From the NCBI GenBank assembly GCA_965657495.1, contig CBFHPD010000027.1, positions 9,888 to 73,887 on the forward strand: a stretch of 64,000 nucleotides of DNA. The letters are read 5' to 3'. Shown here one piece after another: positions 49,603 to 58,710 of the stretch. Below the pieces are notes generated by a model that ran no database searches, was not told the DNA's origin, and worked only from the letters and a program-made list of their open reading frames with translations. A program made the position numbers and the translations under genes. The first letter of the stretch is position 1, and each line of letters starts with the position of its first letter. This stretch comes from an uncultured Flavobacteriales bacterium (GTDB lineage: Bacteria; Bacteroidota; Bacteroidia; Flavobacteriales_D; Sanyastnellaceae).

Positions 49603-49886
49603 GGCTGCGCAGGAATTCCGCCGGCGATGGCCGGGATGATGCTGATGTCGGTGCCGGTGTCCACCGGCGTGTTCACGCCTTCAAGCGCCTCGATGTCCTC
49701 GTCCTCGACGTACACGCGGATGAAGTGACGCAGGGTGCCATCGGCATCGAAGAGGTGGGGCTGCAGGCCCGGGTGCGCTTCGGCGAGCGCGTTCAAGACG
49801 CCGCCCACGTGGGGGGCGTCGGCGACAAACGTAGCGGCTCCGGCAGTGAACTTGCGGAGCGGGGTAGGGATGATGAGTTGTGCCAT
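49599..49886 (-). CDS. cysO: ThiS/MoaD/CysO-family sulfur-carrier protein with a Gly-Gly followed by a 5-residue tail
   Basis: ATG at 49886. MAQLIIPTPLRKFTAG... shows a beta-grasp size and pattern. The C-terminus, hand-translated, is IIPAIAGG-IPAQP*. The stop overlaps the moeZ ATG as ATGA. Confidence 0.7.
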   Translation of the reverse strand: MAQLIIPTPLRKFTAGAATFVADAPHVGGVLNALAEAHPGLQPHLFDADGTLRHFIRVYVEDEDIEALEGVNTPVDTGTDISIIPAIAGGIPAQP

Positions 49887-49890
49887 GGGA

Positions 49891-50364
49891 TCATGGGTTT
49901 GAGGTGGATAAACGAGGGGAAACAGCTGCACCTTCGCGCAGCAGAAACAAGGGCTCTTCCTGAAAGAAGCGCCCGGAATCGCTCAACTGCCAGGAGCGCG
50001 CGTGGTGCACGCCTTCCGGGTAGACCGAAGCGATGAGGTAGGAAAAGAAGGGCAGGGCCACGCGGAGGTCGTGGATGCTTGGCACCGCCGGATGGCGCGG
50101 GTGGCTGTGGTAAATGCCAAGCAGTTGCCGGCCCGTGGCAAGGGCGCGCCGTTCCGCGCGCAGGTAATCGCGCTCGGTGATGGCAAAGCGCCGCCGTTGG
50201 TCGCCGGTTTGGGCATTGTCAACGGGCAGGGCCTCGGTGATGTGCCGCCCTTGCGCACCTTCCAGGCCAAACAAAAACCCGCAGCACTCATTCGGAAACG
50301 CCCGTTCCGCATCCGCCCGCACCGCATCCCACGCGCCCGGCTCGAAGTTCAATCGCGCTTTCAT
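49891..50364 (-). CDS. mec: JAMM/MPN+ metalloprotease (Mec-type)
   Basis: ATG at 50364 inside ORF 49891..51303. Glu in NECCGFLFG and the complete JAMM motif HSHPRHPAVPSIHD (HxHx7SxxD). Confidence 0.8.
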   Translation of the reverse strand: MKARLNFEPGAWDAVRADAERAFPNECCGFLFGLEGAQGRHITEALPVDNAQTGDQRRRFAITERDYLRAERRALATGRQLLGIYHSHPRHPAVPSIHDLRVALPFFSYLIASVYPEGVHHARSWQLSDSGRFFQEEPLFLLREGAAVSPRLSTSNP

Positions 50365-51272
50365 GACAGCCGAGCCAAGGTGTGGTGGTACTTGCTCGCA
50401 TCGTCGGCCAACACGGTGACCACCACGCCCCGGTCGAGCCGCTCCGCCACGGCCACCGCCCCGGCGACGTTCGCGGCGGCCGACGGCGACAGCAGCAGCC
50501 CAGCAACCTTCGCCGCGCGCCGCATCATGGCGTAGGCGGCGTCGGTGGAGACCGCTTCGAAGGCGTCCGCGAGGGCCGCGTCGAAGATGCCGGGAACCCG
50601 GGCGGTTTCGAGGTGCTTCCAACCTTCGAGGCCGTGCAGCGCGGTTTCGGGTTGCAGGCCGATGCACGTCACGTCGCCGCGGCTGCGCAGGCCCCGGGAC
50701 GTTCCGGTGAAGGTCCCGGTGGTGCCGAGCCCTGCCACGAAATGCGTGATGCGGCCGGCGGTTTGGGCCCAAATCTCCGGAGCGGTCGACGCCTCGTGCG
50801 CCCGCCAGTTCGCATCGTTGTTGTACTGGTCGACGTAGGCGTAGCGGTCGGGCGCTGCGGCTACGAGTTGGCGGGCGGCATCTTGCGCGCCTTCGGTGGC
50901 TTCGAAGGGGCTGGTCAGGTGCAGTTCGGCACCGAGCCATTGCAGGATACGCTTCCGTTCGGGGGAAGCGTTTTCCGGCATGCACAGGGTTAGCGGGATG
51001 CCAGCGGCCGCGCAGCATGTGGCGTAGGCGATGCCGGTGTTGCCGCTCGTGGCATCGAGCACACGGCGCCCCTCGAGGTGCGGGGCGACCTCGGTCAGGA
51101 TGGCGTGGGCAGCGCGGGCTTTGACGCTGCCGCCAAGCTGCTGCCATTCGACCTTGGCGTGGATTTCGACCTTGGGGTGGGGCTCGAGGGCGTGGAGCCG
51201 AAGGAGCGGCGTGTTGCCGACGTGGGCTTGGAGGTGTTGGAGCCGGGTGAGCGGCGATGACGGAGGGTGCAT
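50361..51272 (-). CDS. cysM: PLP-dependent cysteine synthase (CysM/CysK family)
   Basis: GNTPLLRL, PLP lysine in GGSVKARAA, SGNTGIAYA, and GLGTTGTFTG. Confidence 0.85.
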   Translation of the reverse strand: MHPPSSPLTRLQHLQAHVGNTPLLRLHALEPHPKVEIHAKVEWQQLGGSVKARAAHAILTEVAPHLEGRRVLDATSGNTGIAYATCCAAAGIPLTLCMPENASPERKRILQWLGAELHLTSPFEATEGAQDAARQLVAAAPDRYAYVDQYNNDANWRAHEASTAPEIWAQTAGRITHFVAGLGTTGTFTGTSRGLRSRGDVTCIGLQPETALHGLEGWKHLETARVPGIFDAALADAFEAVSTDAAYAMMRRAAKVAGLLLSPSAAANVAGAVAVAERLDRGVVVTVLADDASKYHHTLARLS

Positions 51273-51301
51273 GAGCGAAGGGGTTGGAAATGTTGGGCAA
51301 C

Positions 51302-51328
51302 AAAAAAGGCCCGCACTTGCGTGGGGCC
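51302..51328 (-). terminator. Intrinsic terminator (GNRA-looped hairpin plus U6) lying 29 nt upstream of the cysM start codon
   Basis: Minus-strand RNA GGCCC-CAC-GCAA-GUG-C-GGGCC followed by UUUUUUG. It is either the terminator of the mre/rodA operon or an attenuator for cysM. Confidence 0.55.
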
Positions 51329-51512
51329 TAGAGCTTTCGAAGGGATGGTTTCAGTCCGGACTTAACCGTTCCTCAGCACATAGCACGACGCATTGCAATC
51401 CAGTCCCACCGGGGCCGGCATACAACACATACAGCAACATGCGTGATTTGAAATCATATCTTAAAGGTAGCGAGCGGGAAGATGAAAGCCAAGATTTGGC
51501 CCATGAAAAAAA

Positions 51513-52835
51513 TTAGCGCAACACTGTAAACCGCTCAGCATCAAGCCGAAGCATGATGAAAATCAGCACGCTGAAGCCCATCAGCGACGAGCCGCCATAG
51601 CTGAAGAATGGCAAGGGGATGCCGATGACGGGGGCGAGGCCGAGCACCATGCCCACGTTGATGAGCACATGCATGAACAGCACACTCGCCACGCCGTATC
51701 CGTAGACCCGCGTGAAATGCGACCGCTGCCGCTCGGCAAGGAACAGCAGCCGCCACAACAGGAAGAGGTAAAGCAGGACCACGGCGGCGGAGCCGAGGAA
51801 GCCCCATTCTTCGCCCACGGTGCAGAAGATGAAGTCGGTTTCCTGCTCGGGGACGAAGGCGTAGGCTGTCATCGGACCATTGAGGAATCCCTTGCCGGAG
51901 AGGCCGCCGGAGCCGATCGCGGTCTTGGCGTGGCGGATGTTGTAATCCGCGTCGGGGTTGCCGACGTCGATGCCAAACAGCACGTGGATGCGATCGCGTT
52001 GGTGCGGTGCGAGCACTTGCTCCATGCCGGTGTGCAGCGCGATGCTGAAGCCGAGCGCGCCGATGAGGGAAAGGAGGCCCCAGAGCCGGATGCGTTTGCG
52101 CGCGCGGGGCAAGCTCGATTGGATGATGAACCAAACCACCGTTCCGCCCCCAGCACCGATCACGCCCCACAACACGTACACGCCGGTCGCCGCCCCGATG
52201 ACGGGATACTGCACCACGGCCGCCCCGGACAGGATGGTTGCCACCGCCACCACCAGGCCCGCGAAGGCCACCACGAGCACGTTGCCGCTCAGCCCTTCCC
52301 GGTAGAGGGCGAACACGAAGCCGCCGAAGACGAGCACGGTGCCGGCATCGGGCTGGAGCAGGATGAGGCCGGCCGGCAAGGCGACCACCGCAATGGCTTG
52401 CAACCGGGTCTTGAAACTCCGGAGCTTCCCGTCGCCGCGGCTCAGGAGGTAGGCCAACATGAGGGCGGTGGTGGATTTGGCAAACTCCGAAGGCTGCAAG
52501 CTGAAGCTGCCGAAGGCGAACCACGAGCGCGCGCCGCCGATGACCTTGCCCACCGCGAGGACGGCCGCGAGGACGATGAGCATCGCGAGGTAGCTGAGGA
52601 TGGACGTGCGGATGAAGAATTCCCCTTCGATGTTGAGCACGAGGAAGGCCAAAACCGCGCACACCGCAATCCAAAGCAGCTGCTTCCCATGCTTCCCTTC
52701 GAGGGTGAGCCAATCCACCGCTTCCCCGCCGCTGGTCGCGCTGCCGATGTTGAGCCAGCCCAACACGGCCAGTCCCAAAACGAGGCCGATGGTCACCCAG
52801 TCGAGCCGGGAGCGGATGTTCGCGCGGCGGCTCAT
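51513..52835 (-). CDS. rodA: Rod shape-determining SEDS glycosyltransferase RodA
   Basis: FtsW/RodA/SpoVE pattern (QPSEFAK, LQPDAGT, ETDFIF, GIPLPFFSYGGSS). The start overlaps the mrdA stop as ATGA. Confidence 0.9.
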   Translation of the reverse strand: MSRRANIRSRLDWVTIGLVLGLAVLGWLNIGSATSGGEAVDWLTLEGKHGKQLLWIAVCAVLAFLVLNIEGEFFIRTSILSYLAMLIVLAAVLAVGKVIGGARSWFAFGSFSLQPSEFAKSTTALMLAYLLSRGDGKLRSFKTRLQAIAVVALPAGLILLQPDAGTVLVFGGFVFALYREGLSGNVLVVAFAGLVVAVATILSGAAVVQYPVIGAATGVYVLWGVIGAGGGTVVWFIIQSSLPRARKRIRLWGLLSLIGALGFSIALHTGMEQVLAPHQRDRIHVLFGIDVGNPDADYNIRHAKTAIGSGGLSGKGFLNGPMTAYAFVPEQETDFIFCTVGEEWGFLGSAAVVLLYLFLLWRLLFLAERQRSHFTRVYGYGVASVLFMHVLINVGMVLGLAPVIGIPLPFFSYGGSSLMGFSVLIFIMLRLDAERFTVLR

Positions 52836-54649
52836 GGGGTTTCGGGGAAGGGGTCGTGCGCCGCGAGGATGCGGGCCTCGCGATCGGGGTTAGACAAGCT
52901 GTCGCCGAGGTAGTGCTCGATGAGCAGGGAGGCAATGGGGGCTGCCCACGATCCGCCCGATCCGGCGTTTTCCACATAGACGCTGAGGGCGATGGCCGGG
53001 GTGTCCCGGGGGGCGAAGGCCATGAAGACGCTGTGCTCGAGGGCGTCGAGGTTTTGGACGGTGCCGGTTTTGCCGCAGACGGTGATGCCAGGAATGCGGG
53101 CGCGCCGGCCGGTCCCGCCCACCCCTTCAACCACCTGCTGCATGGCCGCTACGACGGGCGCAAACAGCTCCGCATCGACCCCGGTTGCTACGAGGGAATC
53201 GATGCCCGTGGGCTTCCCTTTGCCGCCCACGTCGCGGATGGCGTGCGGCGTCCGGTACCAGCCACGGTTGGCGATGATGGCGGCGAGGTTGGCCATCTGC
53301 AAGGGCGTGGTCAACAGCTCGCCTTCGCCGATGGCGATGGAGTAGATGGTCGAATACGCCCAGCTCCGCTGTCCATAAACGTTGTCGTAGTAGCTGGTGT
53401 CCGGCACGAGGCCTTTCCGGATGCCCGGCAGTTGCCCGCCCAAGTCCGTTCCGAAGCCGAAGCGCCGGATCCGTTCCGCCCAATGCCCCAACCCGAGCGC
53501 CGCATCCTCGAACAGGTTGCTCGACCGCCGGGCTTGCACCATGCGCCGCATCACCTCGTGGAAATACGGGTTGCACGAGTGCACAATGGCTTGGGACAGG
53601 TCGTCGTTGGTGTGCGGTCCGTGGCAGCCGATGATGCTGCGGTCGCACCGGATGCGGGTGGTGGTGCGGATGGCGCCTTCATCGAGGGCGATGAGACCTT
53701 GCACCATTTTGAAAATCGAACCGGGGCGGTAGGAGGCTTGGACCGCTCGGTTGAACAAGGGCTTGGCGGGGTTGTGCAGCAGGCTGTCGTAGTTGGCGCC
53801 GCGTTTGGGGCCGTGCAGCAGGTCGGGGTGGTAGCTGGGTGCGCTGACGAGGGCGAGGATTTCGCCCGTGGCGGGTTCGATGGCGACCACGCTGCCCCGC
53901 TTGCCTTGCATGAGGCGTTCGGCATAGGCTTGCAGGGATTTGTCCAGCGTCAAGGTCAGGTCCGCTCCGGGGGTGGCCAAGGTGTCGCGCCGGCCGCCAT
54001 CGAGGGGCACTTGGTAGTTGTTGCGCACGTCGACAAGGTGGTAGCGCATGCCTTTTTTGCCCCGGAGTTCGCGCTCGTACAAGGCTTCGAGCCCGGATTT
54101 GCCCTTGTAATCGCCCAGCCGGTAGTAGGGGTCTGTGTCCAAATCCTTGGCGCTCGTCTCCCCAAACGATCCCACCAATTGCGCCGCCAGCCCCTCCTGG
54201 TTCGAACGGATGGCCCGGGTCCGGACCTTCACCCCCGGGAACCGCCACAACTCGCCCGAGATCCGCGCGTATTCATCGGCCGGGAGCTGCCGCACAAGGA
54301 CCGACGGCCGGTAGCTCGCATACGCATCCGCCTTGGCAAAGGCCGCCTCGAGGGCCGCCCGCTCCCAGCCCAGGAGCGCAGCGAACGCGGCGGTGTCCAT
54401 GCCTTCTCGGGCGGCCCGCGGGGTGTACAGCAAGTCGTAGCTCGCCCGGTTCGTCACCAGCAGCTCCCCGTTCCGGTCGTACATCAACCCGCGCGCCGCA
54501 TCGAGGGTTTCCCGCGATTCCGTGAGCCGCGCGGCGTAATCCGTCCATTCGTCGCTGCCCAATTGCAGCTGGGCCAACCGCCCGATGAACACGACCGCAA
54601 TGAAGCCGAAGAGCCCCCCGATGACCCACATGCGTCCCTTGTAGTTCAT
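52832..54649 (-). CDS. mrdA: Penicillin-binding protein 2 (elongasome transpeptidase)
   Basis: ATG at 54649. MNYKGRMWVIGGLFGF anchor, and transpeptidase motifs GSIFKM (SxxK), SCN (SxN) and KTGT. Confidence 0.9.
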   Translation of the reverse strand: MNYKGRMWVIGGLFGFIAVVFIGRLAQLQLGSDEWTDYAARLTESRETLDAARGLMYDRNGELLVTNRASYDLLYTPRAAREGMDTAAFAALLGWERAALEAAFAKADAYASYRPSVLVRQLPADEYARISGELWRFPGVKVRTRAIRSNQEGLAAQLVGSFGETSAKDLDTDPYYRLGDYKGKSGLEALYERELRGKKGMRYHLVDVRNNYQVPLDGGRRDTLATPGADLTLTLDKSLQAYAERLMQGKRGSVVAIEPATGEILALVSAPSYHPDLLHGPKRGANYDSLLHNPAKPLFNRAVQASYRPGSIFKMVQGLIALDEGAIRTTTRIRCDRSIIGCHGPHTNDDLSQAIVHSCNPYFHEVMRRMVQARRSSNLFEDAALGLGHWAERIRRFGFGTDLGGQLPGIRKGLVPDTSYYDNVYGQRSWAYSTIYSIAIGEGELLTTPLQMANLAAIIANRGWYRTPHAIRDVGGKGKPTGIDSLVATGVDAELFAPVVAAMQQVVEGVGGTGRRARIPGITVCGKTGTVQNLDALEHSVFMAFAPRDTPAIALSVYVENAGSGGSWAAPIASLLIEHYLGDSLSNPDREARILAAHDPFPETP

Positions 54650-55164
54650 CGCCGCCCCGCATTCCAATTGAAAACGGTGCGCACGCCGAGCAAAAGGACG
54701 GTCGTCAGGGCGGCCGAAGATGCCGATTGGCCCAGTGCTTTCGGAATCAAATCCCACCGGCCCGCTTCCACCATGAACAACCACAAAGCATGCACCCAAA
54801 CGAACAGGAACGTGTACGCCAGCATCCACCCCCAGCCCAATGCCGCAGCATCCGGCCCAGCGTCCACCTCATACCCCTCCCGCGGCGCCAACAACCGCGC
54901 GATCCACGGTTGCAACATCCCGCTCATCAAGCCCGCCGCAGTGAACAAGCCGCCGCCCAACGTAGACAAATCCGTGGCCAGCCCCATCGCACCGCCCAGA
55001 AGCAGGTACGCTATCGGACGCCACCGCAAGGGCAGTAAAAACAGGGCGTACAAGTGGAAGAGCGGGGTCATCCAACCGTCGAGCAGGACGAGGTGGTGGA
55101 ACACCCACGTCTGGGCCATCCAAGCCAGCGCGAAGCGGAGCAGGGTGCGCAAGGTGCCTTCCAT
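54646..55164 (-). CDS. mreD: Rod shape-determining protein MreD
   Basis: ATG at 55164. Small polytopic membrane protein located between mreC and mrdA. Confidence 0.7.
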   Translation of the reverse strand: MEGTLRTLLRFALAWMAQTWVFHHLVLLDGWMTPLFHLYALFLLPLRWRPIAYLLLGGAMGLATDLSTLGGGLFTAAGLMSGMLQPWIARLLAPREGYEVDAGPDAAALGWGWMLAYTFLFVWVHALWLFMVEAGRWDLIPKALGQSASSAALTTVLLLGVRTVFNWNAGRR

Positions 55165-55925
55165 CACGTGTCGCTTTCGGTGAAGGTGGGCACGGCGGGT
55201 ACGGCGAGGACTTCCACGTACCGGAGGGTTTGGAAGTTGACGGACCAACGCAAGTGCACCGTGAGGAATTCGTCGGACGGGTTTTGGGTCACCCGCTGCA
55301 CCGTTCCGAGGGGGATGTCGGGCGGGAAGATGCCTTGGTAGCCGGTGGTGAACACGGTGTCGCCCACGGCAATTTGTGCGCTGCGGGCCACGTCGAGCAT
55401 GCGGCCGGCTTGCGCAGCCGTCCCATCCCAAATCACGCGGCCGATGACGCCTTCCCGCCCTGCGCGCCCGCTCCACTCGAGTTCGGTGTGCAACAGCGGC
55501 AGCCCGAGCGCGTAGTCGCCGCGCACTTCAACGATGCGGCCGACTGCCCCCGCCGCGCAAACCACGGCTTGTCCCGGGGCGATGCTGTCGGCAGATCCGC
55601 GGTTGAGGATGAAGGAGTTCGCCGAGCGGTGCCATGAGATGTGGACCAGTTCCGCCGCGTGCCCCCGGCCTTCGCCATGCATCAATCGCGCCCGCAACCG
55701 GGCGTTCTCCTCCGCGAGTTGCAGGTTGTCCACCTCCAGCTGCCCCAAACGCGCCCATTCCATCAGCTGGGCATTCCATGCCCCCGACCACCCGAGGCTC
55801 CACCGCACCCACACCCCGCGCGGATGGGCGTGCGAGCGAGCGACCCACGCCAACGCGAAGGCCTGCAGCACGAGGAACAGGATGAACACGTGGTTCCGTA
55901 CGAGCAGTAACCAAAGGTTGCGCAT
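55164..55925 (-). CDS. mreC: Rod shape-determining protein MreC
   Basis: N-terminal anchor, coiled coil (LQLAEENARLRARL), and beta-barrel core with GQAVV..AGAVGRIVEV and GIFPPDIPLG. Confidence 0.85.
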   Translation of the reverse strand: MRNLWLLLVRNHVFILFLVLQAFALAWVARSHAHPRGVWVRWSLGWSGAWNAQLMEWARLGQLEVDNLQLAEENARLRARLMHGEGRGHAAELVHISWHRSANSFILNRGSADSIAPGQAVVCAAGAVGRIVEVRGDYALGLPLLHTELEWSGRAGREGVIGRVIWDGTAAQAGRMLDVARSAQIAVGDTVFTTGYQGIFPPDIPLGTVQRVTQNPSDEFLTVHLRWSVNFQTLRYVEVLAVPAVPTFTESDT

Positions 55926-55940
55926 GCTGCGGCGTCGGGA

Positions 55941-56966
55941 TTAGTCGCGCATCAAGAACGTGAATCGATCGATGTTCTTGAGGGCAATGGCGGTTCCTTT
56001 CGCGACGGCGTGCAGCGGGTCTTCGGCGATGTGCACCGGCAGCCGGGTCTTTTGCTTGATCCGCTTGTCGAGTCCTCGCAAGAGTGCTCCGCCGCCGGCG
56101 AGGTAGATGCCCGTCCGGTAGATGTCTGCGGACAATTCGGGCGGTGTTCCCTCGAGGGCGCTGTGGATGGCCTCTTCGATCTTGCTGATGCTCTTGTCGA
56201 GGGCGTCGGCGATTTCGCTGTAGGAGACCAAAATCTCCTTCGGGATGCCCGTCATCAAGTCCCTTCCCCGCACGGCATAATCCTCCGGCGGGTTGTCCAA
56301 TTCCTTGGTCGCCGACCCCACCTCAATCTTGATCTGCTCCGCGGTCCGCTCTCCGATGAGGATGTTGTGCTGGCGCCGCATGTACTCCTCGATGTCGGAA
56401 GTGAATTCATCCCCTGCCACCCGGATGTTCTTGTCGGTGACAATGCCGCCCAATGCGATGACCGCGATCTCCGAGGTGCCCCCTCCGATGTCGATGATCA
56501 TGTTGCCCATGGGCTCTTCCACGTCGATGCCGATGCCGATGGCCGCGGCCATGGGCTCGTGGATGAGGTAGACGTCTTTGCCGCCGGCGTGTTCCGCGCT
56601 GTCCTTCACCGCCCGCTTCTCCACTTCAGTGATGCCCGAGGGGATGCAAATGACCATCCGGAGCGAAGGGTGGAAATACCGCCGGGATTTGCTCATCATC
56701 TTGATCATCCCTTTGATCATCTCTTCCGCCGCCTGGAAGTCGGCGATGACCCCGTCTTTCAGGGGCCGAATCGTCTCGATGTTCCGGTGCGTTTTCCCGT
56801 GCATTTGCTGGGCTTTGCGACCGATGGCTACGGTTTTGTTGGTCGTCCGATCTTTCGCCACAATCGACGGCTCATCCACCACGACCTGATCGTTGTAATA
56901 GATGATGGTGTTGGCGGTGCCAAGGTCGATGGCGATCTCTTTGATGAAGAAGTTGAACAGTCCCAT
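55941..56966 (-). CDS. mreB: Rod shape-determining actin homologue MreB
   Basis: IAIDLGTANT, EPMAAAIG, DIGGGTSEIAV and LAGGGALLRGLD. Confidence 0.95.
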   Translation of the reverse strand: MGLFNFFIKEIAIDLGTANTIIYYNDQVVVDEPSIVAKDRTTNKTVAIGRKAQQMHGKTHRNIETIRPLKDGVIADFQAAEEMIKGMIKMMSKSRRYFHPSLRMVICIPSGITEVEKRAVKDSAEHAGGKDVYLIHEPMAAAIGIGIDVEEPMGNMIIDIGGGTSEIAVIALGGIVTDKNIRVAGDEFTSDIEEYMRRQHNILIGERTAEQIKIEVGSATKELDNPPEDYAVRGRDLMTGIPKEILVSYSEIADALDKSISKIEEAIHSALEGTPPELSADIYRTGIYLAGGGALLRGLDKRIKQKTRLPVHIAEDPLHAVAKGTAIALKNIDRFTFLMRD

Positions 56967-57099
56967 TGAGGTGTCAGTCGGGTGTGCGAATCAGGCTTGC
57001 GGTCGGGCCAAAGATAGTGCGAGCAACCGGTCTCCGACCGATTCGTTTCGAACGACTTGACACCGGTTCCGCAACGCGGATTTCCGCGCGGTATTGCCC

Positions 57100-58638
57100 T
57101 CAGTGTTTAAAGTGCCGCACGCCGGTCATGTACATGGCCAAATCGTGGTTGTCGCAGTAATCGATGCTCAACTGATCTTTGATCGATCCGCCCGGTTGGA
57201 TGACCGCAGTGATGCCCGCTTGGTCCGCCAATTCCACGCAATCGGGGAAGGGGAAAAACGCGTCCGAAGCCATCACCGCACCGTCGAGCGACAGCCCAAA
57301 GGCCTCCGCCTTCACCACCGCTTGCTTCAGCGCATCCACGCGCGAGGTCTGCCCGGTGCCACTCGCCACCAAGGCGCCGTCCTTCGCAAACACGATGGTG
57401 TTCGATTTGGTGTGCTTGGCCACTTTCATCGCGAAGACCAAATCCCGCACCTCACCAGCCCCCGCTTCCCGCTTCGTCACGCACCGGAGCGCTTCCGCTC
57501 CCTCCGTCGCATCGTCCACTGCCTGGACCAAAAACCCGTTCAACGCCGTCCGCACCGAATGCTGCGGCATGGCGGTCGGTTTGATGCGCAACAAAATCCG
57601 GTTCTTCTTCTGCTGCAAAATGGCCAAGGCCGCTTCCGAGAATTCTGGCGCGATCACCACTTCGGAGAACAAGTCGGCCATCGCGGCAGCGGTCGCCTCA
57701 TCAATGGGCCCGTTCGCAATCAAGATTCCGCCGAAGGCAGAAACCGGGTCCGACGCCAAGGCCGTCCGGTACGCTTCTTCCATCGTTTCCCGGGTCGCCA
57801 AACCGCACGCGTTGTTGTGCTTCAAGATGGCAAACGTCGGCGCATCGCCTTCGAATTCGCGCATGAGCTGCACCGCGGCATCCACGTCGAGCAGGTTGTT
57901 GTATGACAGCGCTTTTCCGTGCAATTGGTCGAACAGGGCGGCGAGGTCGCCGTAGAACCGGCCCGGCTGGTGCGGGTTTTCTCCGTAGCGCAGGGTTTGG
58001 CCATGCAATTCGCTCACATTCAGGGTGTCCAAGGCGTCCAGTCCGGCGTCCTCCGCCATCCACGCATGGATGCGCGTGTCGTAGTGAGAACTCACGCGGA
58101 ACCCGTGGGCCGCCAGCCGCTTGCGGTCCGCGAGCGAGCTCACCCCGTCGCGCTCCTGCAGCAACGCCAGCAGGTCGGCGTACTGCGCTTGGCTCGGCAC
58201 CACCACCACGTCCTGGTGGTTCTTCGCGGCCGCGCGGATCAGGGCGATGCCACCGATGTCGATCTTCTCCACGATGGCTTCGCGCGCCGCGCCGGAAGCG
58301 AGTGTCTCCTCAAACGGGTACAAATCCACGATGACGCAGTCCACGTTCGGCAGCCCGTAGGCCTTCATTTCTTCCTGGTCACTGGCGAGCCCGCGGCGCC
58401 CGAGGATGCCGCCGAACACCTTCGGATGGAGCGTCTTGACGCGCCCGCCGAGGATGGACGGGTAGTCCGTCAGCGACTCCACCGGCACGACTTCGGCCCC
58501 CATCGCTTCGATGGCAGCTTGGGTGCCGCCGGTGGAATAAATGGTCACGCCCAGCCGCTGCATTTCAGCAACGATGGGCGCAAGGCCTTCCTTGTTAAAC
58601 ACAGAAATGAGGGCCGATTGGATGCGAACGTCGGACAT
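57100..58638 (-). CDS. purH: Bifunctional AICAR transformylase / IMP cyclohydrolase
   Basis: ATG at 58638 inside ORF 57100..59910. ALISVFNKEGL, GGRVKTLHPKVFGGIL, KHTKSNTIV and ASDAFFPF. Confidence 0.93.
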   Translation of the reverse strand: MSDVRIQSALISVFNKEGLAPIVAEMQRLGVTIYSTGGTQAAIEAMGAEVVPVESLTDYPSILGGRVKTLHPKVFGGILGRRGLASDQEEMKAYGLPNVDCVIVDLYPFEETLASGAAREAIVEKIDIGGIALIRAAAKNHQDVVVVPSQAQYADLLALLQERDGVSSLADRKRLAAHGFRVSSHYDTRIHAWMAEDAGLDALDTLNVSELHGQTLRYGENPHQPGRFYGDLAALFDQLHGKALSYNNLLDVDAAVQLMREFEGDAPTFAILKHNNACGLATRETMEEAYRTALASDPVSAFGGILIANGPIDEATAAAMADLFSEVVIAPEFSEAALAILQQKKNRILLRIKPTAMPQHSVRTALNGFLVQAVDDATEGAEALRCVTKREAGAGEVRDLVFAMKVAKHTKSNTIVFAKDGALVASGTGQTSRVDALKQAVVKAEAFGLSLDGAVMASDAFFPFPDCVELADQAGITAVIQPGGSIKDQLSIDYCDNHDLAMYMTGVRHFKH

Positions 58639-58710
58639 GTGGAGTGGATTTGAGCGCGCAAATCTACGATTTTCCTTCACGCAGCCGAAAGGAAACATGT
58701 AGCTTTGGGC

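Noticed and set aside
51331-51440. Possible SRP RNA, SAM-I or SAM-II riboswitch or tRNA in the rodA-cysM gap
   Set aside because: GUCCGGA and AAAGCU strings prompted the check. However, the flanking consensus is absent for the SRP helix-8 GGAAGGAAGCAGC context, the SAM-I GGAGGGACUGGCCC / GCAACC boxes, and a tRNA T-loop GGTTCGAATCC. I kept the region only as an unclassified leader in the findings.
51439-51516. 25-aa plus-strand ORF MRDLKSYLKGSEREDESQDLAHEKN in the AT-rich part of the same gap
   Set aside because: No supporting context. It lies in what is more plausibly promoter or terminator DNA for minus-strand genes, and it is merely the tail of a spurious 161-aa track ORF.
56967-57099. Small hairpins (CGCGGATTTCCGCG at 57075-57088; CGGTCGGAGACCG on the minus strand) between purH and mreB
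   Set aside because: The stems are short with no U-run, so this is not a convincing terminator or a known RNA motif. It may simply be the mreB 5' UTR.
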